A stretch of 36,186 nt of DNA from Verrucomicrobiales bacterium (GTDB lineage Bacteria > Verrucomicrobiota > Verrucomicrobiia > Verrucomicrobiales > V1-33). The stretch is from assembly GCA_031411295.1 (NCBI GenBank), contig JANOAV010000193.1, positions 1-36,186 on the forward strand, in the 5' to 3' direction. A model generated the notes under the pieces. It made no database searches. It was not told the origin of the DNA and worked only from the letters and a program-made list of their open reading frames with translations. This document shows positions 1 to 8,840 of the stretch, one piece after another; position 1 is the stretch's first letter, and each line of letters opens with the position of its first letter. A program made the translations under genes and the position numbers.

Positions 1-96
1 CGCCTCGTGCGCGACCACGAGCGCAAACCCAGTCACCACGAAGCCTTTGTCTATCTCGCCATGATCGGCTTCGCCGTCAGACGCCTCACTAAGTAA
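1..96 (+). CDS. IS5-family transposase, C-terminal fragment (partial at window edge)
   Basis: Frame 1 reads RLVRDHERKPSHHEAFVYLAMIGFAVRRLTK*, matching the IS5 C-terminal consensus RRLxxDYExxxxxxEAxxxLAMIxxxxRRL. Confidence 0.85.
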   Translation, partial: RLVRDHERKPSHHEAFVYLAMIGFAVRRLTK

Positions 97-135
97 TCCC
101 ATTATGGCTGTTAAGTTTATTTGCCGGACAGGTTC
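1..135 (+). mobile_element. IS5-family insertion sequence, 3' end (IS1031-like group), with right terminal repeat
   Basis: Transposase C-terminus at 1-96, followed by an IR-like end ...TTTGCCGGACAGGTTC at 135 and a probable TTA/TAA target at 136-138, exactly where yoeB homology stops. Confidence 0.8.
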
Positions 136-280
136 TTAGCGGCTGGGGCTTGCCTATGCCAGTGAGCGGATTCCGCAGTGCATCTCGGATGAGTTCGTTC
201 ACCCGCTGGAGTATCTTGCGGTCATTTTCCTGCCAATAGAGGTAGTCTTTCCAGCCGTTGGGTAACCATGTCAGTCGCAT
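136..280 (-). pseudogene. yoeB: Txe/YoeB family toxin, truncated by IS insertion
   Basis: MRLTWLPNGWKDYLYWQENDRKILQRVNELIRDALRNPLTGIGKPQPL is the YoeB N-terminal half; the C-terminal WSRRI...HR...HY part is replaced by IS sequence. Confidence 0.85.
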
Positions 281-522
281 AGCTCACCAGTTTGTATTTT
301 GCCCGCTGAGTAATCAGCCAGACTCTGCTGGATTTGCAAGGCGTTCGCCCTCGTGGCATGGAGATGTAGAGTCGTCTCCATCGCCTCATACTCCTCAATC
401 GCCAGCAACACCACCTTCCCTGCCCCGTTGCGGGTGATGGTGATCGGTTCTCGGTCCCGGGAAGCAGTCTCCATCAGTCCTGCTAGCTGGTTTCGGGCGT
501 CAGTGTAGTTGATCGTTTGCAT
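271..522 (-). CDS. yefM: Phd/YefM family antitoxin (probable start ATG 522; ORF extends to 540)
   Basis: MQTINYTDARNQLAGLMETASRDREPITITRNG...EEYEAMETTLHL is typical YefM; overlaps the yoeB start. Confidence 0.9.
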   Translation of the reverse strand: MQTINYTDARNQLAGLMETASRDREPITITRNGAGKVVLLAIEEYEAMETTLHLHATRANALQIQQSLADYSAGKIQTGELCD

Positions 523-541
523 GAGGGACTTATCGGGCATG

Positions 542-568
542 GACAGAATTCTGTCAAGTCAAGACTTG
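542..568 (-). promoter_or_regulatory. Probable TA promoter/operator with two adjacent palindromes
   Basis: Perfect 14-bp palindrome GACAGAATTCTGTC (542-555) and CAAGTC-AA-GACTTG (555-568); TTGACA on the minus strand at 557-552 just upstream of yefM. Confidence 0.5.
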
Positions 569-700
569 TGATCCTATCATGGCCTCAGTGGCAAGCTCAG
601 TCACGCGGGGTTGAGGTTGGCGAAGCGGGAAGCGCATCGGCAAAACAAAGTGGCTGGCGGTTTATCGTAAGAATGTGATGACGTTAGCTTCATGTAATTT

Positions 701-823
701 CGCTGGGTCTTCCACAATCCGGGCTCGGATCGGATTCAAATCTATGTAGGCAGCCATGGTGGCCAGGGCTTCCCCAGCCCCTTCCACCAACACGCTGCGG
801 AATCGCTCCTCCCACACGGTCCC
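701..823 (-). pseudogene. REP-associated tyrosine transposase (RAYT, Y1 HUH) fragment
   Basis: GTVWEERFRSVLVEGAGEALATMAAYIDLNPIRARIVEDP matches the G-x-hW-x-x-RF...YIxxNP-x-A motif; HUH N-terminal half and C-terminus absent. Confidence 0.8.
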
Positions 824-944
824 CGCCGCCCCCCGTTTGTTACCCAACGGGAGCGGATTTAGAATAATTTAAATCCGCGTGCAGAGGAGCAGCCGATGTT
901 CGTGAGGATATTCAGAGGGGAGAGGAGCTATGGTCGCCCCACTA

Positions 945-2759
945 CTAACGCTTCTTCCGGAGGAAGGTCGGCACGTCCAAATCCATGCCTTCTTCGATGG
1001 TCGGATCAATCTTCTCGAAACGACCACGATTGGCTCCGCGTAGGCGCTCATCGAACGTTTGTTGCTCTGCACTCATGGCTGCCGGAGCTTGGGTGGCTGC
1101 GGCGGGACGCACGGGGGCGGCGGCTGCTGGGCGCACGGGTGCGAACGGACTAGCAGGATTCGGGGCCGGGCGATGCGCGGGCGCAGCAGGTTGTTGGGTT
1201 GCTGCCGGAGCTGGCTTGGGCCTCACGGGCGCTTCGCCAGATGGTTTGCTGAGAACATCACGAATCGCAAATTTCTTGGCAGGAGGCGGCGTGTAGGCGG
1301 GCTCGTCTTCCTCCTCCTCCTCTTCCTCTTCCATTACAGGAGCTGGGGCTGGGGCGGCCGGTGCGGGCATGAGGGTAGGCCGCTTAGCAACCGGTGCTGG
1401 CGGGGCGACGACGACAGGCGTTTCGTCTTCCTCCTCCTCTTCATACTCTGGCTCGTCCTCTTCTTCCTCGGCAATCACGGGGGCCGGAGCCGGGGCGGCG
1501 GCCGGCTTGACCACTGGGGCCGGACGCGGGGTCGGCTTGAGTTCCTCGACGATTTCCTCTTCGGTTTCCTCCTCAATTTCAATCAGTGCGACGGACTGCA
1601 CTGCTGCTGGAGCGACGGCTTGCGGGGCGGCTGGAGCGATCACTGGCGCGGGAGCCGCAACAGCGGCCACGGGGGCTGGCGCAATCTCCATGGGAGGAGC
1701 CACTGGGGTTACGACGGGACGTTCGAGTTGCCTGGGCGAGGAATCTGCCACGGTGCGGGCGGGCTGCACCGTCACCCCACCTTCGCGCGCCAAGGAAGTT
1801 AGCACAGTTACGGTTAGGCTTTCTCCCAAGGCTGGATCTACCGCAGCCCCGAAGAGCAGATGCGCGTCGGCTCCGACGTGCTTTTGCAGTTCGCCCATGA
1901 GCGTTTGGATTTCGAAGAGGGACATGTTGGGACCACCGCAGACGTGCACCAGCACGTTGGAGGCCTTGGCCAGGAGTTGGCCACGATCGAGCAGTGGGCT
2001 CTTGAGGGAGGAGGCCAGCGCCTCCAGCGCACGGTTTTCGCCTTTGGCGGAGCCGAAGCCGAAGAGACAGCGGCTATCGGTATTGCGCAGCGCAGTGATT
2101 AGATCATCCATGCCGATGCGGATCAAGCCGCGCTGGGTCACGAGGCTGGTCACGGCACGGACGCTCTGGCCGATGACGCGGTCGGCCAATTGGAATGCTT
2201 CCTGAATGCCCTTCTTGGGCACCACGAGTTCGCCCATGCGATCATTTTCAAATGTCACCAGCGCATTGGCTTGGTGGCGTAGATCATCCAAGGCCAGGTT
2301 CGCCTGCTTCTGACGGCGTTTCCCTTCAAAGCTAAATGGCAGCGTAGCAAAGACCACGACAAACGCTCCAGATTCCCGAGCCAAGCGTGCCACATAGGGC
2401 GCGGCTCCAGAGCCTGTGCCCCCGCCCAGACCAGTGCAGATGAAGATCATGGACTTGCCTTCGAACAGATCACGAATTTCTACTTCGGATGCTTGAGCGG
2501 CTTCCAAGCCCAACTCAGGATCTCCCCCGGCTCCGAGGCCCTGGGTCAATTTTGGTCCCAACTGCACTTTGCGGGCAGCCATGGAATTGTTGAGCACACG
2601 CACGTCGGAGGCCATGCAGATTAACTCTGCGGCCGGCATGCCTTCCAATGCGATGCGGTCCAGCACATTGGAACCAGAGCCGCCGATGCCAACGACCGTA
2701 ACGGCAAAATTTGCCGCAGGCGTGGCCGCAGCGCTTCCTTCTAAGGTGAATTCAATCAT
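945..2759 (-). CDS. ftsZ: Cell division protein FtsZ with long Pro/Ala/Glu-rich linker (probable start ATG 2759)
   Basis: VVGIGGSG, GLGAGGDPELG, tubulin signature GLGGGTGSG, PFSFEG, and C-terminal core peptide DLDVPTFLRK; directly downstream of ftsA. Confidence 0.97.
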   Translation of the reverse strand: MIEFTLEGSAAATPAANFAVTVVGIGGSGSNVLDRIALEGMPAAELICMASDVRVLNNSMAARKVQLGPKLTQGLGAGGDPELGLEAAQASEVEIRDLFEGKSMIFICTGLGGGTGSGAAPYVARLARESGAFVVVFATLPFSFEGKRRQKQANLALDDLRHQANALVTFENDRMGELVVPKKGIQEAFQLADRVIGQSVRAVTSLVTQRGLIRIGMDDLITALRNTDSRCLFGFGSAKGENRALEALASSLKSPLLDRGQLLAKASNVLVHVCGGPNMSLFEIQTLMGELQKHVGADAHLLFGAAVDPALGESLTVTVLTSLAREGGVTVQPARTVADSSPRQLERPVVTPVAPPMEIAPAPVAAVAAPAPVIAPAAPQAVAPAAVQSVALIEIEEETEEEIVEELKPTPRPAPVVKPAAAPAPAPVIAEEEEDEPEYEEEEEDETPVVVAPPAPVAKRPTLMPAPAAPAPAPVMEEEEEEEEDEPAYTPPPAKKFAIRDVLSKPSGEAPVRPKPAPAATQQPAAPAHRPAPNPASPFAPVRPAAAAPVRPAAATQAPAAMSAEQQTFDERLRGANRGRFEKIDPTIEEGMDLDVPTFLRKKR

Positions 2760-2805
2760 GGGAGTGGGTTGTTTGAGTTGATGATCAGGTTGGGAAAAGG
2801 GAGGC

Positions 2806-4047
2806 TTAACTGAAGAGGCCGGAGAAGAGTCGGCTGGCACCAAAGAGACTGCCGAATTTGTTTTTGATGCGGCTGAACGTGCTCATGTTAGCGCGTTCAG
2901 CCTCCAACTTTTGGGCATAACGAATGAGGCCCACCGGAGTGGCGAATTGAGGACTCTCGAAATTTGCGGTCAACCCGCTCATCGGCATGAAGCTGCTGCG
3001 GCGGACGGGCACGCCGAAGACGCTTTCTGCCAGTTCGTCGATGCCGTCCAGCAGGCTGGTGCCACCGCAGAGATAAATGCCGCCAGCGCAGCGGTCTAAC
3101 GCTCCGCCAGTGGAAATGCGCTTTTTCACCAACTCGAAGGTTTCCTCGAGTCGGCTGCGGATGACGCCATTGAGCAGGCCCTGATCCACAGACTTGGCAT
3201 TGAAGGTCGCATCGCCTTCCAATTGTATCCATGCTTCCTCGTCTTCAGGCAGCAAAGTGCAACTTCCGTGCTCGATTTTAAGACGCTCTGCGCGACTTTG
3301 CGGCACCTTGAGCACGATCGAAATGTCATTGGCAATGTGATCGCCACCGACTCCGATGGAACCACTGTGCAGCACCGCTCCATCCTCATAGAGCACGTAA
3401 TCGGTGGTGCCTCCACCGATGTCCAGCAGCAGGGCTCCTTGTTCCTTCGTTTCCCGATTGAGCATCACCATCCCCGCCGCAATGGGGCCGAAGACCACGT
3501 CTTCGACTTCCAACGGAAACTCCCGCAGGCAGCGGATGGTGTTTTGCACCCGATTACGAATGCCGTAAATGATATGATAGTCGGCTTCCAATTTCTTACC
3601 GAGCATGCCCACCGGATTGAGCACTTTCTCCTGACCATCCACGAAGTAATGGCGGATGATGCGGTGGATGAAAATGTGGTCCTGCGGAATGGCCACATCG
3701 CTGGCTAGTTCCTTTACTTCATCGATGTCCTCTTCGGTGATCTCGCTTTGGTCATCCGGGATGCGCAGCGTGCCACGGCTGTTGCGGCTCTCGATATGCG
3801 GCCCCGTAATGGCCAGGTAAACTTTCTTGATCATGACATCACTGCGATCTTCGGCCCGCACGAGCGCATCCTGCAAACAGGTCTGGGCAGTTTCGAAGTC
3901 GATGATCTCTCCCTTGCGCACTCCGCGCGATGGGGCTTGACCCACGCCGAGAATTTTGATCGAACCGTCCGGGCGCACGTCACCCACGACGACACAGATC
4001 TTGTGCGTGCCAATTTCCAGACCCACATGGATGTTTTGTTTCGACAT
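2806..4047 (-). CDS. ftsA: Cell division protein FtsA
   Basis: VGLEIGTHK, SRGVRKGEI, LLDIGGGTTD, GGDHIANDI, AERLKIEHG, C-terminal amphipathic helix; upstream of ftsZ. Confidence 0.97.
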   Translation of the reverse strand: MSKQNIHVGLEIGTHKICVVVGDVRPDGSIKILGVGQAPSRGVRKGEIIDFETAQTCLQDALVRAEDRSDVMIKKVYLAITGPHIESRNSRGTLRIPDDQSEITEEDIDEVKELASDVAIPQDHIFIHRIIRHYFVDGQEKVLNPVGMLGKKLEADYHIIYGIRNRVQNTIRCLREFPLEVEDVVFGPIAAGMVMLNRETKEQGALLLDIGGGTTDYVLYEDGAVLHSGSIGVGGDHIANDISIVLKVPQSRAERLKIEHGSCTLLPEDEEAWIQLEGDATFNAKSVDQGLLNGVIRSRLEETFELVKKRISTGGALDRCAGGIYLCGGTSLLDGIDELAESVFGVPVRRSSFMPMSGLTANFESPQFATPVGLIRYAQKLEAERANMSTFSRIKNKFGSLFGASRLFSGLFS

Positions 4048-4470
4048 AAGCGTGATTGAATTTGAAAGCGTTATTGTTTACCGAAGGGCTGCACCTTGAG
4101 TTGGACTAAGGACCGCCAGCTGCGGTGGGCAGTGCGACATGGAGCCACCACGACGTGAAGATACAGCCCGTCTCGCAACGGATCGGTCCATGACCATCGT
4201 AGTTTTATCGCAGTTTGGCATTGCCTTTAATGTTTCAGAACGGTCAGTGTATCCTAGAATTTAAGCGAGGTAAACTAGTTTTCACTGGTTCTGGAAATTA
4301 TTTTTTAGGAAGAATCCCCTAGTTTCCCTCTCCCAATTGAAGGGATGCCGCACACGCGTAGGCTAATCATTCAAGTAGTCTGTCACGTTCCAACCTCATT
4401 CCGGTAATAGAATGAGGAAGAGATGATTCATGAGAAGCATCTTATTTAGGAATCTCTGATTTAATAAACC

Positions 4471-7400
4471 ATGAAACGCACTGCCACCGGACTCCTTTTT
4501 TCCATCCTAGCCTACTTCAGTCTGGAGGGCCCCTCAACCGCATGGGCCGCACCAGTAAATGACAATTTCGCCAGCGCCTCCACGCTGGTGACCGGCACCG
4601 CCGTTGTTAGCACCAATGTGGCGGCCACGATGCAGGCGGGGGAAGTCATCCCGGCTGGTTATGACTTAAACAGCTACGCCAGCACCGTGTGGTGGAACTG
4701 GACCGCCCCATTTAGTGGGGTGTTCAACGTAAACACGATTGGGAGCGACTTCGATACGGTGCTGGCGGTCTGGACGGGAAGTGCGGTCAATGCGCTCACA
4801 GAAGTGGTGGTAGACGATGACTCTGGGGGCAGCTTCACCAGCGCGCTGAGTTTTACGGCGGCGGCTGGGACGGTGTATCGCATTGCGGTGGCCGGCCTTG
4901 GACCGGGCGTTAACGGCAATGTGAATCTGGTGCTGAGCGCTCCGGCACCGCCCCCTCCAAATGATAATTTTGCCAATGCGATTTTGATTTCTGGAGCGCT
5001 GCCAAGACCCATCGCCATTACGGGATTTGACGCGGCCACCACCGAGGCTGGAGAGCCACCATTCAGGCAAGGGACCCCGGTCAAGACCATGTGGTGGAAG
5101 TGGATTCCCACCAGCGTTACGCCCGTGATCCTGAGTGCGGGAGCAGGCAATGAAGCTGACGAAGTGGGGGTGTTCACCGGGGGCACCGTGGGTTCACTAG
5201 CAAGCGTTCCGGCGGCAGCGGCCTCGCAGAGCAGCTTCGCATTTACGCCCGTTGCTGGCGCCACCTATTTCATTAGGGTTAGCCTGTATCCCTTTTCTGG
5301 CGCGCGTTCCACAAGTGCTTTTTTGATGCGGGCGTGGAATCCTCCTGTAAATAACAATTGGGCTAATGCGACCGTTATTGCTGGAGCACTGCCGCAAACG
5401 GTGGTTGGCACAGAGGTGGACGGCACCTTGGAGTTTGGTGAGCCGGGGATCGATACTAGCGCAACTTCCACATGGTATAAATGGACGGCCACGATCTCCG
5501 GTCCGGTCCAGGTGGTTACAGACGCGTATCATAACGACCCCGCGCAGGTGGATTCCAAGGTGGCTTGGGTGGACGTCCTCACTGGTAGCAGTCTGGCCAC
5601 GCTCACCTCCATCACTCCGAGTTTCAGTTATTATGAGTTCGCAGCATTCAACGCGACGGTGGGCACCGTCTATTACATCCGCATCTCGCAGTCTAATTAT
5701 GAAGTTCCCTCACCGTCCGTCAGCATCACCCTGCAAACTGGCCCAACGCCGCCAGCGAACGATGCGTTTGCCAGTGCCGCAGTCATGACGGGAGTTCCGT
5801 CGGCGGTGCAAACGGGCACGATTGCCAGCGCGGCTACCGAGGTCAACGAGCCCCCGGTTACCAGCGGTGGTTCCGTATGGTATGTGTGGACCGCCGCAAC
5901 TACCGGGAAGGTGGGACTGGCTCTGACCGAGGAATCCGGCACCGTTCAACTCCAAGCCTTTACCGGCAGCACGGTGGGAGCGCTGACGCAGGTGGGCAGC
6001 AGCAATCTGAGTCAATTCAGTGCCACGGCGGGTGTGACCTATCGTTTTCAAGTCAGTGGATCACAGACGAGCATTGATGGCGGGGGCTTTACTTTCCAAA
6101 CGGTGCCGGTGCCAGCCAATGATAATTATGCGAGTGCCAGCGTCATTGCCGCCGCCGTGCCAACCTATACCACCGGAACTACCGCAGGCGCCAGCGCAGA
6201 AACTGCGGGCGCTGCGGGAGGTGAATATAACCGCACGGTCTGGTATAAATGGACGGCCGGGACGACGCAGAAAGTCACCTTCACCCTAGCATCGTTGGTT
6301 GATAGTTATCCTGAACTAGAAGTATTCACAGGAACCGCCTTGGCTACCTTGACCTCGGTAGCTTCTGGTGACAGCGTCTTAGCCCTCTCGGCCGTTAGCG
6401 GGACGGCGTATTATCTCCGGGTAAGATCAGCCTACAGCGGGGACACAGGGGCATTCGGGCTGAGTATCGCCCTGCCTCCGGCAAACGACAATTTCGCGAG
6501 CGCCACCCTGCTTACTGGTGCCAAAGTGGCGGCCACCGGAAACATGGTGGGGGCCACGACCGAGGTTTCCGAACCCAGCAGCGGCAATCAAACGCTTTGG
6601 TGGCGGTGGACTGCGCCCAGCGCGGCTCATGTGACCATCCGGGCCACACTGCAAGATGGCAGCACGCCACGAATTAATGTCTGGGAGGGCACCGCCTTGA
6701 CCAGTTTAACAGGCCTGCTCGGCAGCCATGGGCAGGTGGCGCTGGATCCCGTGGCCGGCACGGTGTATCGCATTCAGGTGGGCTCGTATAGCATTGCCTC
6801 ACTGGGAACCGTTTCCCTGGGCATCTTCCCAATCCCAGCCAACGATAATTTCAGCACCGCGACTACGATCACGGGGACGCCCCCGATTACAGTGACCGGT
6901 TGGAATGTGGGTGCCAGTGCGGAAGTAGGCGAGCCGAAACGCGGTCAGAGCTATATGCGGGGGTCTTTCAACTCCGTCTGGTGGACCTGGACTGCGCCCA
7001 ATACAAACCTCGTGGCAATCGATACCCTGGGCAGTAATTTCGATACCACCCTGCATGTCTATCAAGGCACTGCACTAAACGCCCTGACATTGATCCGAGC
7101 GTCGGATGAGGCCGCGGCGGATCATACCAGCCGCGTCGCCTTCGTGCCCGTGTCAGGTGCCACCTATCGGATTCGCGTCGGTGGAACGGGAGTTAGTCGC
7201 TTGGGAGATGTGACGCTCCACCTGCAACAATATGTTGCCCCCACCACCGCGGCAGGCCGTCTGCTCTATGGCCGCGCGGCTTTGGAAGCGGGCACCGCTG
7301 CGGAGCTGGCCAATGCGGACACCCACTTTGCCGCAGCCCTAACCCTGGCGCCCACCAATCAGGAAGCCATCGTGCTGCGCGCCATTACCCGGATCGGCCG

Positions 7401-8685
7401 ACTGCAGCAACAGGCCGGTTTCACCACGCTGCTGAGCCAGTGGGGCTTCACCACCAAACGCGCCAATCTTGTCAGTCCGCGTTATTTGCCCACCCGCACG
7501 GCTGCGGGCGTCGCGAATCCTCCAGGCACCGCTAACACATCGCAGGCGCTGACGTTCGCCAACGCTACCCTGCTGCCAGAACTGGCCACCTTCGAGACTT
7601 CGCTAGCCACGATCACCAGCACCAGCTACAGCCTGCCCCTGACGGATTCGGAAACCTGCATGCGCTACCTCGCCATCGACCAAGCGGATCTCAAAACGCT
7701 GCGGGCCATCGGCTTGCTACTTAAGGCCCTCACGCACTGCGCCAATACCTATAACACGGACCTGACGGTTAAAACCTTGCTCGATCTGAAGGATGGCGAT
7801 GTGCTGGACGCAGAACGTCTGGTGGATGCGGCGTCCAGCCTGCTGCAACGCCGCGTGGGCGATGAACGCACGTCTGCCAAAACCGCCTTTAAAGCGGCCA
7901 ACGCGCTCTACCAACCGGCTTTCGCTGCCATGCTGGCACGCACTGCCACCGCCGCCAGCCCCAGTTTCCTCTTCTACATGCCCACCGATGAAGCTACCTA
8001 CCAAACCGAGCGCACCCAAGATCTAAATGATGCCGCGCTGTCACTCGACGGGCCTGTGACTTGGGACGGCGTTAGCATCAACCTCTCCGCGTTCGTCACC
8101 ACCGCCACTCCGCTCCGGACCATGCTGCCTAAACTCAAGGGCAACAAGGCCGTCGCCAGCAGCGCGCCCGATGCCACCTTCGGCGGAGCCGTGCCGGCCG
8201 GCACTCAGAGCCTCGTGAATCAGTTCCTAAAGAACAATCGCCTGCTGCACGATGTTTCCTCCTTTGCGGCTTGGATGGACAACTACTTGGGCGACCACGA
8301 CGTGGAGGACCAAGGCGCGACCGCGGATCCTGACGGAGACGGGTTCACCAACTACGCCGAATATGTATTCAGCATGGATCCGAACAAAGCGAATCGCGCC
8401 TCCGATTTCGAAGCCACTGGTGCGGTGCCGAATCCAGCCAACGGAAATCAGCTGCATTTAAATTACAGCTTCATCCGTCTGAAATCCGCCTCCCCGGTGA
8501 CCTACAAAGTCCTCGTGTCCAACGACCTCGACACGTGGGACACCACAGAGGCGCAACTGGAGCAAGTCGGCTCCCCCGTAACCCAGCCCGATGGCGTTTC
8601 CGAGCAAGTCACCTATCGCCTCAAACAACCTGCTTCGGTGAATCAGAAGAAGTTCCTGAAGGTGCAGGCAGTTTCCATTCCCTGA
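4471..8685 (+). CDS. Large secreted/surface protein with seven PPC-like beta-domain repeats (NDNF...ATxExGEP...VWWxWTA...YxIxV), a helical region and a C-terminal DxDGDG domain
   Basis: 1404-aa ORF; N-terminal signal peptide (MKRTATGLLFSILAYF...AWA); seven PxNDNFAxA-type repeat starts; ADPDGDGFTNYAEYVFSMDP and terminal KFLKVQ motif. Confidence 0.85.
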   Translation: MKRTATGLLFSILAYFSLEGPSTAWAAPVNDNFASASTLVTGTAVVSTNVAATMQAGEVIPAGYDLNSYASTVWWNWTAPFSGVFNVNTIGSDFDTVLAVWTGSAVNALTEVVVDDDSGGSFTSALSFTAAAGTVYRIAVAGLGPGVNGNVNLVLSAPAPPPPNDNFANAILISGALPRPIAITGFDAATTEAGEPPFRQGTPVKTMWWKWIPTSVTPVILSAGAGNEADEVGVFTGGTVGSLASVPAAAASQSSFAFTPVAGATYFIRVSLYPFSGARSTSAFLMRAWNPPVNNNWANATVIAGALPQTVVGTEVDGTLEFGEPGIDTSATSTWYKWTATISGPVQVVTDAYHNDPAQVDSKVAWVDVLTGSSLATLTSITPSFSYYEFAAFNATVGTVYYIRISQSNYEVPSPSVSITLQTGPTPPANDAFASAAVMTGVPSAVQTGTIASAATEVNEPPVTSGGSVWYVWTAATTGKVGLALTEESGTVQLQAFTGSTVGALTQVGSSNLSQFSATAGVTYRFQVSGSQTSIDGGGFTFQTVPVPANDNYASASVIAAAVPTYTTGTTAGASAETAGAAGGEYNRTVWYKWTAGTTQKVTFTLASLVDSYPELEVFTGTALATLTSVASGDSVLALSAVSGTAYYLRVRSAYSGDTGAFGLSIALPPANDNFASATLLTGAKVAATGNMVGATTEVSEPSSGNQTLWWRWTAPSAAHVTIRATLQDGSTPRINVWEGTALTSLTGLLGSHGQVALDPVAGTVYRIQVGSYSIASLGTVSLGIFPIPANDNFSTATTITGTPPITVTGWNVGASAEVGEPKRGQSYMRGSFNSVWWTWTAPNTNLVAIDTLGSNFDTTLHVYQGTALNALTLIRASDEAAADHTSRVAFVPVSGATYRIRVGGTGVSRLGDVTLHLQQYVAPTTAAGRLLYGRAALEAGTAAELANADTHFAAALTLAPTNQEAIVLRAITRIGRLQQQAGFTTLLSQWGFTTKRANLVSPRYLPTRTAAGVANPPGTANTSQALTFANATLLPELATFETSLATITSTSYSLPLTDSETCMRYLAIDQADLKTLRAIGLLLKALTHCANTYNTDLTVKTLLDLKDGDVLDAERLVDAASSLLQRRVGDERTSAKTAFKAANALYQPAFAAMLARTATAASPSFLFYMPTDEATYQTERTQDLNDAALSLDGPVTWDGVSINLSAFVTTATPLRTMLPKLKGNKAVASSAPDATFGGAVPAGTQSLVNQFLKNNRLLHDVSSFAAWMDNYLGDHDVEDQGATADPDGDGFTNYAEYVFSMDPNKANRASDFEATGAVPNPANGNQLHLNYSFIRLKSASPVTYKVLVSNDLDTWDTTEAQLEQVGSPVTQPDGVSEQVTYRLKQPASVNQKKFLKVQAVSIP

Positions 8686-8840
8686 AGCGAAAGCGGTATG
8701 GCCGAATGGGCAAAGGTGCCTTCAGCAGGCTCAGCCAGTCCTAAAACCGTGTCGAATTTCAAGGTCTGCTATCTCGATCGTGAGTGTCCTGGGCTGAAGC
8801 GCAAAACTTCCGTTTCAGTGGGGGGAGCTCCCCGAGCACT

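Noticed and set aside
89..135. C-terminal TCPANKLNSHNGIT of the 63-aa YoeB ORF as real toxin sequence
   Set aside because: It is read-through into the IS end.
985..2205. Long plus-strand ORFs (103, 247, 278 aa) opposite ftsZ
   Set aside because: Antisense shadows of a GC-rich, low-complexity linker with no protein motifs.
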